Shown here piece after piece: positions 40,614 through 54,617 of a stretch of 64,000 nt of DNA; within the stretch, counting starts at the first letter, position 1, and each line of letters starts with the position of its first letter. The notes beneath the pieces are model-generated. The model did not search any database. It saw nothing but the letters and a program-made list of their open reading frames with translations, and had not been told where the DNA came from. A program made the position numbers and the translations under genes. Source of the stretch: Candidatus Cloacimonadales bacterium (GTDB lineage: Bacteria > Cloacimonadota > Cloacimonadia > Cloacimonadales > JAFGVF01); the NCBI GenBank assembly GCA_963677495.2, contig CAXXOU010000002.1, forward strand, positions 32,001 through 96,000, read 5' to 3'.

Positions 40614-41519
40614 ATGAGTATTCTCAGAGTTGAAAATATCTCAAAACGGTTTGATAAGACTGTTGCAGTTGACAACATATCTTTCCAGATTGAGAAGGGG
40701 AAAGTTTACGGTATCTTAGGGCCCAATGGTGCCGGGAAAACTACTACAATTAGAATGATTATGAACATCATTATTCCTGATTCAGGTGAGATTGAAGTTC
40801 TTGGTGAAAAGAATCTCAAGAGAATAAACAGTAAAATAGGTTACTTACCAGAAGAGCGTGGTATCTATAGAAAGATGAAGGTTAATGATGTGCTTAAATT
40901 TTTAGCAGAGCTTAAAGAGATGAAAGGGAAGAGTGCTCAGTCAGAAATAGATAAGTGGCTTGAGAAACTGGATCTTACTAAATGGAAGAAATCAAAGGTT
41001 GAGGAACTCTCAAAAGGTATGCAACAGAAGCTTCAGTTTATAGCTACAGTTATGCCACAACCTGATATCCTGATACTTGATGAACCTTTTCTCGGACTTG
41101 ATCCAATTAACACCCAATTGATTAAAGATATTATCATGGAAGAGAAAGAACGTGGCACCACAATAATTTTCTCAACTCATCAAATGGAAAGTGCCGAAAA
41201 ACTTTGTGATGAGATTATGCTCATCAATAAGGGTAAGAAGATACTAGATGGTCCTGTACCGGAAGTGAAGAAACAGTTTGGGCGTAAGTGTGTTCAGATA
41301 TCATATACCGGTGATAATAGCTTTCTAAAAAGCTTTGAAGGCATAAAAAGTTATAATGATTTTGGGAACTATGTTGAAGTTGATCTTAAAGCTGAAACTA
41401 ACCCACAGGACTTATTGAAAGAGATAGTAGACAAAATCTCAATTAGTCGTTTTGAGATAATGGAACCATCATTACATGACATATTTATCAAGTCTGTGAA
41501 AGGGGAGGATAAATCATGA
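40614..41519 (+). CDS. ABC exporter ATP-binding protein (YhaQ/NatA-like)
   Basis: GPNGAGKT, LSKGMQQK, ILDEPF, C-terminal PSLHDIFI. Confidence 0.9.
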   Translation: MSILRVENISKRFDKTVAVDNISFQIEKGKVYGILGPNGAGKTTTIRMIMNIIIPDSGEIEVLGEKNLKRINSKIGYLPEERGIYRKMKVNDVLKFLAELKEMKGKSAQSEIDKWLEKLDLTKWKKSKVEELSKGMQQKLQFIATVMPQPDILILDEPFLGLDPINTQLIKDIIMEEKERGTTIIFSTHQMESAEKLCDEIMLINKGKKILDGPVPEVKKQFGRKCVQISYTGDNSFLKSFEGIKSYNDFGNYVEVDLKAETNPQDLLKEIVDKISISRFEIMEPSLHDIFIKSVKGEDKS

Positions 41520-42817
41520 ATATCAAAACTCTACCTGTAATTAAACGTGAATATCTTACCAGAGTTAAGACTAAAGGCTTTATTATTGGAACCCTGTTTC
41601 TGCCTGTTTTCTTTGTATTAATCTTTGGAGGTGTTTTTATTTTTGGTAATCTTCTACAGCCAAAAGGTCAAGATTACGTAATCGTAGATGAATCAGGTTT
41701 TATCTATGATGAGTTCACAATGATTCAGAACAAAACACTTAAAGATGGTAGTCCAAAATACAGATGGCAAAAGTATGATTTAGCAGAGATCTCGGTAACT
41801 AAAGCTAGGGAGGAACTCACTAAGAAAGTCAGGAGTAAAGAGATTGATGCGTTCTTTATTATCCCGAAGGACATTGTTGAAACTGAAAAAGTTACCTATA
41901 TGGGACGTAATGTCTCTGATATGGACGGTCTTTCCTCTTTTAATCGTACTTTCAACTGGCTTGTGGGCAATAAGAGACTTGAAGCTTTAGGCTTCCCTGC
42001 TAAAGAAATTAGGAATGAAATGGGTTTAGTCAATGTACAACTTGAGAGTATCCAGGTTACTGATAAGGGCGAAGTTGGTAAAGACAGTGTCTCGAACTTC
42101 CTACTTACTTACATACTCTGTTACTTCCTATTTATTTTCATTATGTCTTACGGACAGACTGTCACAAGAAGCGTTATCGAAGAGAAGAGTCAAAGAATTA
42201 CAGAAACCATTATCTCATCTATCAGACCTATTGAGCTTATGATGGGTAAGCTAATCGGTATCTGCCTTGTTGGTATCACGCAGTTAGTAGTGATTGCCGG
42301 TTTTCTCTATATCTTCACTCTATATGGTGATGATATATTAATCAAAGCAGGAGTAGAAGCTCCCAAGCTCTTAGATATAATTAGAAATCTTAGTTTTACA
42401 CCTGTTGTATTTGGCTACTTCATTCTTTTCTTCCTTTTTGGGTATCTCATATATGGTGCTATCTTCGCTGCAATTGGAGCTATGGTCAATACCGAAGACG
42501 AAGGACAACAGTTCCTTACTCCTGTTATTATGTTGAATATTCTTAGTTTCTTCATTATGTTTGCTGTAGCTAAGAATCCGGATACTGTCCCTGCAATGTG
42601 GTTATCCTTAATCCCATTGTTTACTCCGGTAGTTATGTTTGCACGTATTGCTGCAATGGACCCGGTTCTCCCATCCGCTGCAATCATTTCTATCTTCACA
42701 ACCGGACTCTCTATCTATGGACTGCTTTGGGTTGTAGCCAAGATATATAGAGTTGGGATTCTTATGTATGGTAAAAAACCATCTCTTAAAGAAGCTATTA
42801 AATGGATTAGATATTAA
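41516..42817 (+). CDS. ABC-2 type permease (YhaP/NatB-like)
   Basis: REYLTRVKTKGF, VIEEKSQRITE, GKLIG, KIYRVGILMYGK. Confidence 0.9.
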   Translation: MNIKTLPVIKREYLTRVKTKGFIIGTLFLPVFFVLIFGGVFIFGNLLQPKGQDYVIVDESGFIYDEFTMIQNKTLKDGSPKYRWQKYDLAEISVTKAREELTKKVRSKEIDAFFIIPKDIVETEKVTYMGRNVSDMDGLSSFNRTFNWLVGNKRLEALGFPAKEIRNEMGLVNVQLESIQVTDKGEVGKDSVSNFLLTYILCYFLFIFIMSYGQTVTRSVIEEKSQRITETIISSIRPIELMMGKLIGICLVGITQLVVIAGFLYIFTLYGDDILIKAGVEAPKLLDIIRNLSFTPVVFGYFILFFLFGYLIYGAIFAAIGAMVNTEDEGQQFLTPVIMLNILSFFIMFAVAKNPDTVPAMWLSLIPLFTPVVMFARIAAMDPVLPSAAIISIFTTGLSIYGLLWVVAKIYRVGILMYGKKPSLKEAIKWIRY

Positions 42818-42844
42818 TGTAACTTACAATGATTTACTGAAATT

Positions 42845-43362
42845 CAGGGAGTTTGTCGGCCTGATAATGCAATGAACTCCCTGTCTTGCTATCCGAAGGA
42901 AGAAGTGAGTCGCAATAGAATGTGACTCGCTAATTCCATTCAGGGTGACATGTTGAGGGATTTGCTTCTGCAAATCCGATAACCATGCTTGTCATCCCGA
43001 TCGAGTGAGGATACGAATGAGCAGAGGGATCTCTCCGATAACTTTAGTTTCCCAACTGAAGAGCAGTACTTTTCCGAGGAAAACATTCAGAAGATAAGTC
43101 AATACATTATCACAAATCCCCTAAAGCCACCCGAGCGACCCGTTCGACTTCGTCACTTCATTACATTTTGTTCACAACGCTCAGGGTGACATACACAGTG
43201 CCATTTGCAATAACTTACCGCATTTCAGGGAGTTTGTCAGCCTGATAAGGCAACGGACTTCCTAAAATGCACTCCGAAGTCGCATGTCCCTGATTTCGTT
43301 CTCGCGTCACGCTATCGCTGCAACGCAAGTCCGAAATGGACATACACAGTGCCATTTGCAAT
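42845..43362. repeat. Mosaic REP-like module cluster with internal direct repeats
   Basis: TTCAGGGAGTTTGTC.GCCTGATAA.GCAA twice (42843, 43224); TCAGGGTGACAT twice; GACATACACAGTGCCATTTGCAAT twice; GTCATCCCGATCGAG..GAGGGATCT; GATTTCGTTCTCGCGTCACGCTA.CGCTGCAACGCAAGTCCGAA as at 5758. Confidence 0.8.
43073..43126 (+). pseudogene. Probable remnant of a Y1/RAYT transposase C-terminal catalytic helix
   Basis: Translates SEENIQKISQYIITNPLK, matching the YI..NP catalytic-Tyr motif; embedded in REPs. Confidence 0.4.
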
Positions 43363-43400
43363 CACTTAGCTACATTCCCTGCTCTTTTTACTCTCCTTTA

Positions 43401-43520
43401 CTGCTCTATGCATCAACCCACTGTGTCTGCACTGTGTACGCACTGTGAAGGCACTGCCAACCCACTGTTTCACTGGGTGCACAGTGCGTGCACAGTGGGA
43501 AAACAGTGGGATGACTGCGT
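43401..43520. repeat. 11-bp-periodic palindromic array, CACTG/CAGTG core
   Basis: CACTG at 43419, 43430, 43441, 43452, 43463; CAGTG at 43482, 43493, 43504; left end CTGCTCT. Confidence 0.88.
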
Positions 43521-43707
43521 TTTGTTAAAGAGTTTAATGAAAGTTTGCAATATCGCAAAAGCTTGCACAAGAAAGCGGAAATGAAACAGATTCATAAACT
43601 AACAAGGGCAAAATGTACTATTTATTTAGATAATATTAACAAGAAAACTATTGACTTTATCATGCACTGCTCTATTTGATACACTCAAATATTTATGTGA
43701 GGTAGCT

Positions 43708-44730
43708 ATGAATATGAAAATCAAATGGGGCATATTCTCTTTACTTTTATTAGTGGCATTAGGGTTAAATGCTGAGAATATGTACATTACGATTATGCCT
43801 GAAGGCATGAGTGCAGCACTTAGGAATGCTGAGCTGACTGCAACAAATCCAAACCTTTTGGACGAGATTACAGGAGAGGATGTCCAAACAGGTGATTTAA
43901 CTAACAACACCGACCAATCAACACAATCAAAACCAATTGCTTCAGCGATGGAGTTCACTGTTTCTGGTGCAACCAAAGCTGTGACTTTGCCGATTGGATA
44001 TCATTACAAGAACTTTGGATTAAATTGCAAAATTCCATATATCTACGAAAGAACAGTAGTATATATGGATGCAACAAAAAGCTCAAATGGAGTGGGGGAT
44101 GTATCTGCTGAACTTAGCTATATGAAGAGGTTTGGTCAGTTCAAAACAGATTTTGGAATAGATGTAAAGCTTCCTACCGGTGATGATGTGAATGTAGTTG
44201 ATGGCTATGTAGTACCACTCGGAACAGGTTCGACTGATTTCAAAATTAATGCATCTTTTGCTATTCTTCATAAAACTAAGAATGCTGCTATGGTGCTTAG
44301 TACTTCCTATTTCAAGCCAGGTATGAGTAAGAAAAAAGTACAATCTGTACCTGCAGAAGCTAAGAATATCGTAGAAACTCTGGATTATGAAGTAACAAAC
44401 GGTGCAACTTTCAATGTTAAGGGTACTTATATGCTCGAGACATTCAGGAATCTTTATCTCTCATTTGTTTTATCATATACTAATATTCAAGATGGTGAGA
44501 CCGATATCAAGCACTCCTTTGATAATGGAGCACCCGGGTATAAAGAGACAGGCATCCCAAATTATCAGGATATGCAACTATCAGACTTTGTTCCAAGTGT
44601 TATCTATAGTCGCTGGTTGTTTGATTTTGCCATGGTTATGCAGGTTCCAATTATGTCGGAATATAATGATAATGCTTCCGCAAAAGAACGTGATTTGACC
44701 TTCAAATTTGTAGTAACAAGGAACTTTTAG
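43708..44730 (+). CDS. Putative outer-membrane beta-barrel protein (MetA/transporter-like)
   Basis: Signal peptide, GVGDV, KLPTGD, LGTGSTD motifs, C-terminal Phe. Confidence 0.6.
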   Translation: MNMKIKWGIFSLLLLVALGLNAENMYITIMPEGMSAALRNAELTATNPNLLDEITGEDVQTGDLTNNTDQSTQSKPIASAMEFTVSGATKAVTLPIGYHYKNFGLNCKIPYIYERTVVYMDATKSSNGVGDVSAELSYMKRFGQFKTDFGIDVKLPTGDDVNVVDGYVVPLGTGSTDFKINASFAILHKTKNAAMVLSTSYFKPGMSKKKVQSVPAEAKNIVETLDYEVTNGATFNVKGTYMLETFRNLYLSFVLSYTNIQDGETDIKHSFDNGAPGYKETGIPNYQDMQLSDFVPSVIYSRWLFDFAMVMQVPIMSEYNDNASAKERDLTFKFVVTRNF

Positions 44731-44738
44731 GGGGAAGC

Positions 44739-46037
44739 ATGAAAAAGATACTTTTTATACTTGTGATCGCATTTGTTCTTATGTCGTGTCATGATTCTAC
44801 TATGATCGTTAAATCCGGTAGCTTGAATATTAAACTCAACAATGCAACGAAAGCAGATTTGCCTTCTGAGTTTGATGCAAGAGTATTTGTTATGAGTAAT
44901 GACTTTGAAGATTACTACAAAGATGTTCACTTTGTGCAAGCAGATGGTACAGTTAACTGGTACGCCCAGGGCAATCTTGAAATAGCACCTTCACTCTATT
45001 TCAGACTCAGAATCGAAGCATTTCTTGATGATGAAAATTGGGTAGGAGAGACAACAACAGAATGCAGTGTCGAGGAAGATGTCTGCGTAGAGATTACTAT
45101 CAACATTCATGTTGAAGGAGAGGAACCGGAAGGCAACAGACCTCCGGAAACACCGGCAAGCCCTACTCCTGCAAATGGCGCAACAGATATTGATTATAAT
45201 GATGGTGTAAATCTTAGCTGGGTTTGCTCAGATATTGATGGTGATGCTTTGACTTACAAGGTAACATATAGTGATTATGAAGGTTTTGTTGATAATACAG
45301 AATATCACGATAATCTTACTGAATGTAATGCACAAATTAGTGTTGTACAAGACAGAACTTACTGGTGGAAAGTGGAAGCTACTGATGGAGAATATACTGT
45401 CGAAAGCCCCGTCTGGAGTTTTACGACTTCCAATAGTAGTCTGGAAGCACCATCCTATATCTCTCCGCTTGATGGAGCTGTAATAAATGATAACTTTGCC
45501 GGCTTGATTTGGGAACATTCTGAAATGGGAATGGGTACTGTAACCTACAATGTTTATTTCGGACAAGATGCTCAGTCCCTTGTAATGCAAGTTGATGGTT
45601 ACACTGACGATAGATACTATGTCCAAAATCTTGCACAAGGTACACAATACTATTGGCAGATTGAAGCCAGTAATGGTGTAAGTGCTGCTTCAGGACCTGT
45701 CTGGAGTTTCACTACTTCCGGAGTACAAGATACAGAGAATCCGACTGTTGATCCTTTATATACTGTACCTTACATGAATCCTCTAACAGGAACAATCCAA
45801 TTGGGTATGTGGGCTGTTGACAATGTTGGCATTGACCATGTTGATTTCCACATTGAGAATGGTCCCGATAACTGGGAGTTAATTGGTACTGCTACTACCG
45901 GTACCGATGATCAGTATCTGATTGAGTTTGATTCTACTCAATACCCTAACGGAAACTATAGTTTCAAAGGTACTGCGTATGATGCAGCAGGTAATAATAG
46001 TGAATACTCGCAATCCTTTAATATTGAAAACAACTAA
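44739..46037 (+). CDS. Lipoprotein with Fn3-like repeats and C-terminal Ig-like domain
   Basis: Lipobox LMSC; LSW..SDIDGDALTY, YWWKVEA..SPVWSFTT x2, AYDAAGN. Confidence 0.75.
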   Translation: MKKILFILVIAFVLMSCHDSTMIVKSGSLNIKLNNATKADLPSEFDARVFVMSNDFEDYYKDVHFVQADGTVNWYAQGNLEIAPSLYFRLRIEAFLDDENWVGETTTECSVEEDVCVEITINIHVEGEEPEGNRPPETPASPTPANGATDIDYNDGVNLSWVCSDIDGDALTYKVTYSDYEGFVDNTEYHDNLTECNAQISVVQDRTYWWKVEATDGEYTVESPVWSFTTSNSSLEAPSYISPLDGAVINDNFAGLIWEHSEMGMGTVTYNVYFGQDAQSLVMQVDGYTDDRYYVQNLAQGTQYYWQIEASNGVSAASGPVWSFTTSGVQDTENPTVDPLYTVPYMNPLTGTIQLGMWAVDNVGIDHVDFHIENGPDNWELIGTATTGTDDQYLIEFDSTQYPNGNYSFKGTAYDAAGNNSEYSQSFNIENN

Positions 46038-46069
46038 ATCGTAATGACTCGTATTGTTTACTAAAAACA

Positions 46070-46099
46070 AAAAAGGGGGTGCTGATCAGCACCCTCTTT
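46070..46099. terminator. Bidirectional terminator
   Basis: AAAAAGGGGGTGCTG-at-CAGCACCCTCTTT between convergent genes. Confidence 0.7.
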
Positions 46100-46110
46100 A
46101 CAATATGTCT

Positions 46111-47790
46111 CTACACTCTCGTAAGTTTCCTATAAGTAATACGCTTAGGGACAAGAGCTTTCTCCCCAAGACGCATGAGTTTATTCTCTTCATACTCACT
46201 GAAGTTACCATCAAACCACTTAACCTTACTGTCACCCTCGAAGGCGAGGATATGTGTACAGATACGATCAAGGAAATATCTGTCATGGCTAATAACAACT
46301 GCACAACCGGCAAAGTCCATAATAGCATTCTCTAATGCTCTGATAGTATAGACATCAAGGTCATTTGTCGGCTCATCCAAAAGCAGTACATTCCCGCCTT
46401 GTTGAAGCGTGAGAGCAAGATAAGCTCTATTTTTCTCTCCACCACTAAGAACGTTGATAGGCTTTGAATGTTCGCTACTACTAAAGTTAAACTTACTTAG
46501 ATATTCTCTAACGTTTATCTCTTGATCTCCGGCAACAAGTACATCTCTACCTTCACCAACAACATCAAGGATAGTCTTATCTGTTTCAGTGAAACGACTT
46601 TGATCTACATATGACAATTTAACGGTCTCACCAATAGTGAAAGTACCGCTATCAGCTTCAATCTTCTTAGTAATCATGTTGAAAAGTGTGGTTTTACCTG
46701 CGCCATTAGCACCGATAACTCCAATGATGCCACCGGCAGGAAGGTCAAATTCAAGGTTCTCATAAAGCAACTTCTCATCGAAACCTTTGGAAACACCTTC
46801 AGCTTTTATAACATTACGACCAAGCTTAGGTCCTTTTGGGATAAAGATTTGGTCAGTTCTATTCTCTTTCTTATACTCTTTCTCAGCCATCTTCTCATAA
46901 TTAGCAATCCTGGCTTTGCTCTTAGCATGACGGGCTTTCGGACTACTACGAATCCACTCCAACTCCTCGGCAAGTGCTTTCTGACGCTTAGTTTCACCAC
47001 GTGCTTCTTGTGCTAAACGCCTCTGCTTTTGCTCTAGCCATGATGAGTAATTACCTTCATAAGGAATACCTTCTCCACGGTCGAGCTCAAGTATCCAACC
47101 GGCAACATTATCAAGGAAGTATCTATCATGTGTGATAGCAATAACAGTGCCTTTATACTGGTGCAGATGATGCTCAAGCCAAAGAATAGTCTCTGCATCA
47201 AGATGGTTGGTAGGCTCATCAAGAAGCAGAATGTCCGGTTCCTGAAGAAGTAAACGACATAAAGCAACACGACGTTTCTCACCACCGGAGATTACACCAA
47301 CTTTAAGGTCTGATGGTGGGCATCTCAACGCTTCCATCGCCTGATCTAAACGACTGTCAAGATCCCAAGCATTACAAGCATCAAGCTTATCTTGTAGTTT
47401 ACCTTGCTCTTCTAAGAGTTTATTCATCTCATCATCGGTCATCTCTTCTGCAAACTTCATATTGATTTCATCGAATCTTTCAAGTAAAGCAACAGTCTCA
47501 GCTGCGCCTTCCTGTACAATCTCAAGTACAGTTTTTTCCGGGTCAAGCTGTGGGTCTTGCTCAAGGTACCCGATTGTATAGCCTTTAGCCATAGCAACTT
47601 CACCAAGATAATCATCATCAAGACCTGCCATAATCTTCAGTAGCGTACTCTTACCTGATCCATTTAGACCAACAACACCAATCTTGGCACCATAATAATA
47701 GCCCAAATATATGTCTTTTAGTATCTGCTTTCTGCCATCGACAACCTTGCCGATACCTGACATAGAATATATAACTTTCTTTTCTTCCAT
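46111..47790 (-). CDS. ettA: Energy-dependent translational throttle protein (ABC-F)
   Basis: GAKIGVVGLNGSGKS, SGGEKRRVALC, LEWIRSSPKARHAKSKAR linker, second ABC domain. Confidence 0.95.
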   Translation of the reverse strand: MEEKKVIYSMSGIGKVVDGRKQILKDIYLGYYYGAKIGVVGLNGSGKSTLLKIMAGLDDDYLGEVAMAKGYTIGYLEQDPQLDPEKTVLEIVQEGAAETVALLERFDEINMKFAEEMTDDEMNKLLEEQGKLQDKLDACNAWDLDSRLDQAMEALRCPPSDLKVGVISGGEKRRVALCRLLLQEPDILLLDEPTNHLDAETILWLEHHLHQYKGTVIAITHDRYFLDNVAGWILELDRGEGIPYEGNYSSWLEQKQRRLAQEARGETKRQKALAEELEWIRSSPKARHAKSKARIANYEKMAEKEYKKENRTDQIFIPKGPKLGRNVIKAEGVSKGFDEKLLYENLEFDLPAGGIIGVIGANGAGKTTLFNMITKKIEADSGTFTIGETVKLSYVDQSRFTETDKTILDVVGEGRDVLVAGDQEINVREYLSKFNFSSSEHSKPINVLSGGEKNRAYLALTLQQGGNVLLLDEPTNDLDVYTIRALENAIMDFAGCAVVISHDRYFLDRICTHILAFEGDSKVKWFDGNFSEYEENKLMRLGEKALVPKRITYRKLTRV

Positions 47791-47895
47791 TAATTCCTCT
47801 TTGTAAATAGTTTCAATGAGTTAGCAATTTTTACAAACCTGCAATGTGTCAAGAAAATAGGGCACAATTAAGTGCCCTAAAGATTAAATAACTAT

Positions 47896-48894
47896 CTATT
47901 CAGCTTTCTGCATAGCTTTTCTGGTCGTACCTTCCCGTATCTCCGACTTACGAGTACTGTTCTCAAATGATAGCATCTTCTTTGAGTTATTTATCAAAGT
48001 AACTGACTGATTATCTGCCCAAGGGAGGGTAAAGTTTTGTCCGTGTTGCCAATAAGAATAGTAAGACTGGTTTAACCAATAGGCAGCTACCATGGTGTTA
48101 TTATATGCTTCATAATAGCCAATGTTATAAGTAACTGAATCATTCGGGATTACAACCTGATCCATAGTTTGTGCAGATTGTTGATAGTTTACATAAAGAG
48201 GGCCAAGCTCCACGGAACCAATATTCTTCATCATCAAGAAAAAGAATGAGTCATTATAGTAAAAATCAATAGTGTTCTCTGAACCTACCATATTAATAGT
48301 ATCATAACCTTCAAGGACTAAACCAACTACATCTCCTTGGTTGGTATGCCCTGATGTTGTACCCCTATAAAAGTAGGATCCATCTGATTTTAAGAGCTCA
48401 AAGCTTGTTGTCTGCATTGGGGCAACAGTTTGCGTGCCATAACCGGTAAGGGTTACTTCAATATCTGTGTACATCTGGTTATAGAAATGAGCATAGAAAT
48501 AATCAACGAACAATGTCTGCACTGATACTACTTCAGAATAACCGCTTGTGCCTTCTTCACCTGTTGCTCGTACTCTATAATAATATCTGGTATCGCTATC
48601 AAGCCCATCGACAATACATGCTGTTCCAAAGACATTTCGATGATTATATCCTTCCACATAATTATCAAACTCTATGCTTGTTGAAACATCAAGAATGTAC
48701 ATATCAGCATTATAGATTGCTGTCCAGTTTGCAATGAAACTTGATTCCTCGATCTCAGAAGCATCTAGTGTAAGTGGTGTTGCAATATTAGATGAAGGGG
48801 AAGTAGTCGAATCTTTACATCCTACTACCATTAATAACCCAATCAATAATATCAGCGATATACTTCTAATAGCTATCTTCATATTAAACCCCAT
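47896..48894 (-). CDS. Lipoprotein with fibronectin type III domain
   Basis: Lipobox VVGC; SFIANW..YILDVS..GL...RYYYRVRA. Confidence 0.75.
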   Translation of the reverse strand: MGFNMKIAIRSISLILLIGLLMVVGCKDSTTSPSSNIATPLTLDASEIEESSFIANWTAIYNADMYILDVSTSIEFDNYVEGYNHRNVFGTACIVDGLDSDTRYYYRVRATGEEGTSGYSEVVSVQTLFVDYFYAHFYNQMYTDIEVTLTGYGTQTVAPMQTTSFELLKSDGSYFYRGTTSGHTNQGDVVGLVLEGYDTINMVGSENTIDFYYNDSFFFLMMKNIGSVELGPLYVNYQQSAQTMDQVVIPNDSVTYNIGYYEAYNNTMVAAYWLNQSYYSYWQHGQNFTLPWADNQSVTLINNSKKMLSFENSTRKSEIREGTTRKAMQKAE

Positions 48895-48960
48895 AGTTTT
48901 TGCCTATATAAAGTAATTATTACATTATTTGTCAATCCAAATCTTTAGTTCTTGGCTTTG

Positions 48961-49126
48961 TTACCTCCTTCTTCGCACCCTTTCAATTCACGGGAAACAC
49001 ACGGGACTCTCCCGGGAATCTCTCGGGACTCACTCGGGGCTTTGCCCGAGTGAGTCGCTTTTGATTCCCGCTTGAATCCGGAACAATTCCCGAGTATTGA
49101 ATTGGAGCAATTAAACGGAGAAGGTA
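48961..49126 (+). repeat. 11-bp-periodic palindromic array, CGGG subfamily, complete copy
   Basis: CGGG at 48991, 49002, 49013, 49024, 49035; CCCG/CGCT/CCCG/CCGG/CCCG at 49045, 49056, 49067, 49078, 49089; GGAGCAAT at 49104. Confidence 0.9.
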
Positions 49127-49352
49127 TGCTGATATATAGTCCATCCTGTATGGTTCATTCTGTGAGTCTCTATCTGTCCCTGAAAGTCCCTGTTCAAAAA
49201 CTGTAAAAAATGAGAAAAGAAACGAAAAATGGCTTTTGGATTAACATAAACTTAGCAGTGCTTGAAATTAATTGCGATTTAATATATACTTTAAAAATGG
49301 TAATTTATAATACTAAAGTGTCCTTAGTAAAAATAAAAAAGCACTTTTTATG

Positions 49353-49380
49353 TTGACGCATTATCAGGTCTCAATAGGTT
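49353..49380 (+). promoter_or_regulatory. rrn promoter
   Basis: TTGACG-N16-TAGGTT after an A-rich UP-like tract; boxA-like GATCTTTAA at ~49432. Confidence 0.55.
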
Positions 49381-49485
49381 GTCCAAACACTTGTTGAACG
49401 GAAGCGGGAACGCGGAAGGGATGTGGGTGGCGATCTTTAAGAAGTCAGAAATAGTGAGTGAATAATAAGCCAACAAGTCAATTAT

Positions 49486-51033
<1,548 letters not shown>

Positions 51034-51137
51034 AAAGGTGTATAATGCGATGAATCTTTTAATCAGATTCCATTGCAATAATTAAACGTTTGGTAAGTTG
51101 TTCACTCACTTTTATAAATTTTGAAGCAAAATATAGT

Positions 51138-51214
<77 letters not shown>

Positions 51215-51219
51215 GCTTT

Positions 51220-51295
51220 GGGGGTTTAGCTCAGCTGGGAGAGCACCTGCTTTGCAAGCAGGCGGTCAACGGTTCGATCCCGTTAACCTCCACCA
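51220..51295 (+). tRNA. tRNA-Ala (TGC)
   Basis: CCTGC-TT-TGC-AA-GCAGG; G3:U70; CCA. Confidence 0.96.
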
Positions 51296-51352
51296 TATTT
51301 TTTTTGATCTTAAATAGTGAAATACGTGGGATAGAGTGTATAGAGGATATTC

Positions 51353-54231
<2,879 letters not shown>

Positions 54232-54282
54232 GAAACTTTATATACTCTATCCCAGACAATATAGTCGCATAGCAGCGGCTGA

Positions 54283-54400
54283 AGATGGTGGCAATTGCGG
54301 TGATGATACACCTGTACCCATTCCGAACACAGCAGTTAAGCTCACCAGCGTCGATGGTACTGCATTGGCAACGATGTGGGAGAGTAGATCGCCGCCATCT
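54283..54400 (+). rRNA. rrf: 5S rRNA
   Basis: CACCTGTACCCATTCCGAACACAGCAGTTAAG, GATGGTACT..GGGAGAGTAG. Confidence 0.95.
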
Positions 54401-54447
54401 TCAGCCGCTGTTGACTTTTATAAACAAAGTTAGCGATGACAATTTCT

Positions 54448-54477
54448 AAAAGGGAACCTATTGCAGGTTCCCTTTTT
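54448..54477. terminator. rrn terminator, copy 1 of an exact 30-bp duplicate
   Basis: AAAAGGGAACCTATTGCAGGTTCCCTTTTT, identical at 59028-59057. Confidence 0.85.
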
Positions 54478-54617
54478 GCATATATGGCAATGTACAAAGG
54501 GTATACCAAACGAAGAGTGTGGTGACGTATTTAAAAATATCTTGCCAAATTGAGTTAATGTTTTAATATTCGATCATAATTAATAAATATGTAGTTAGAA
54601 CTCCAACGGAGGATGAT

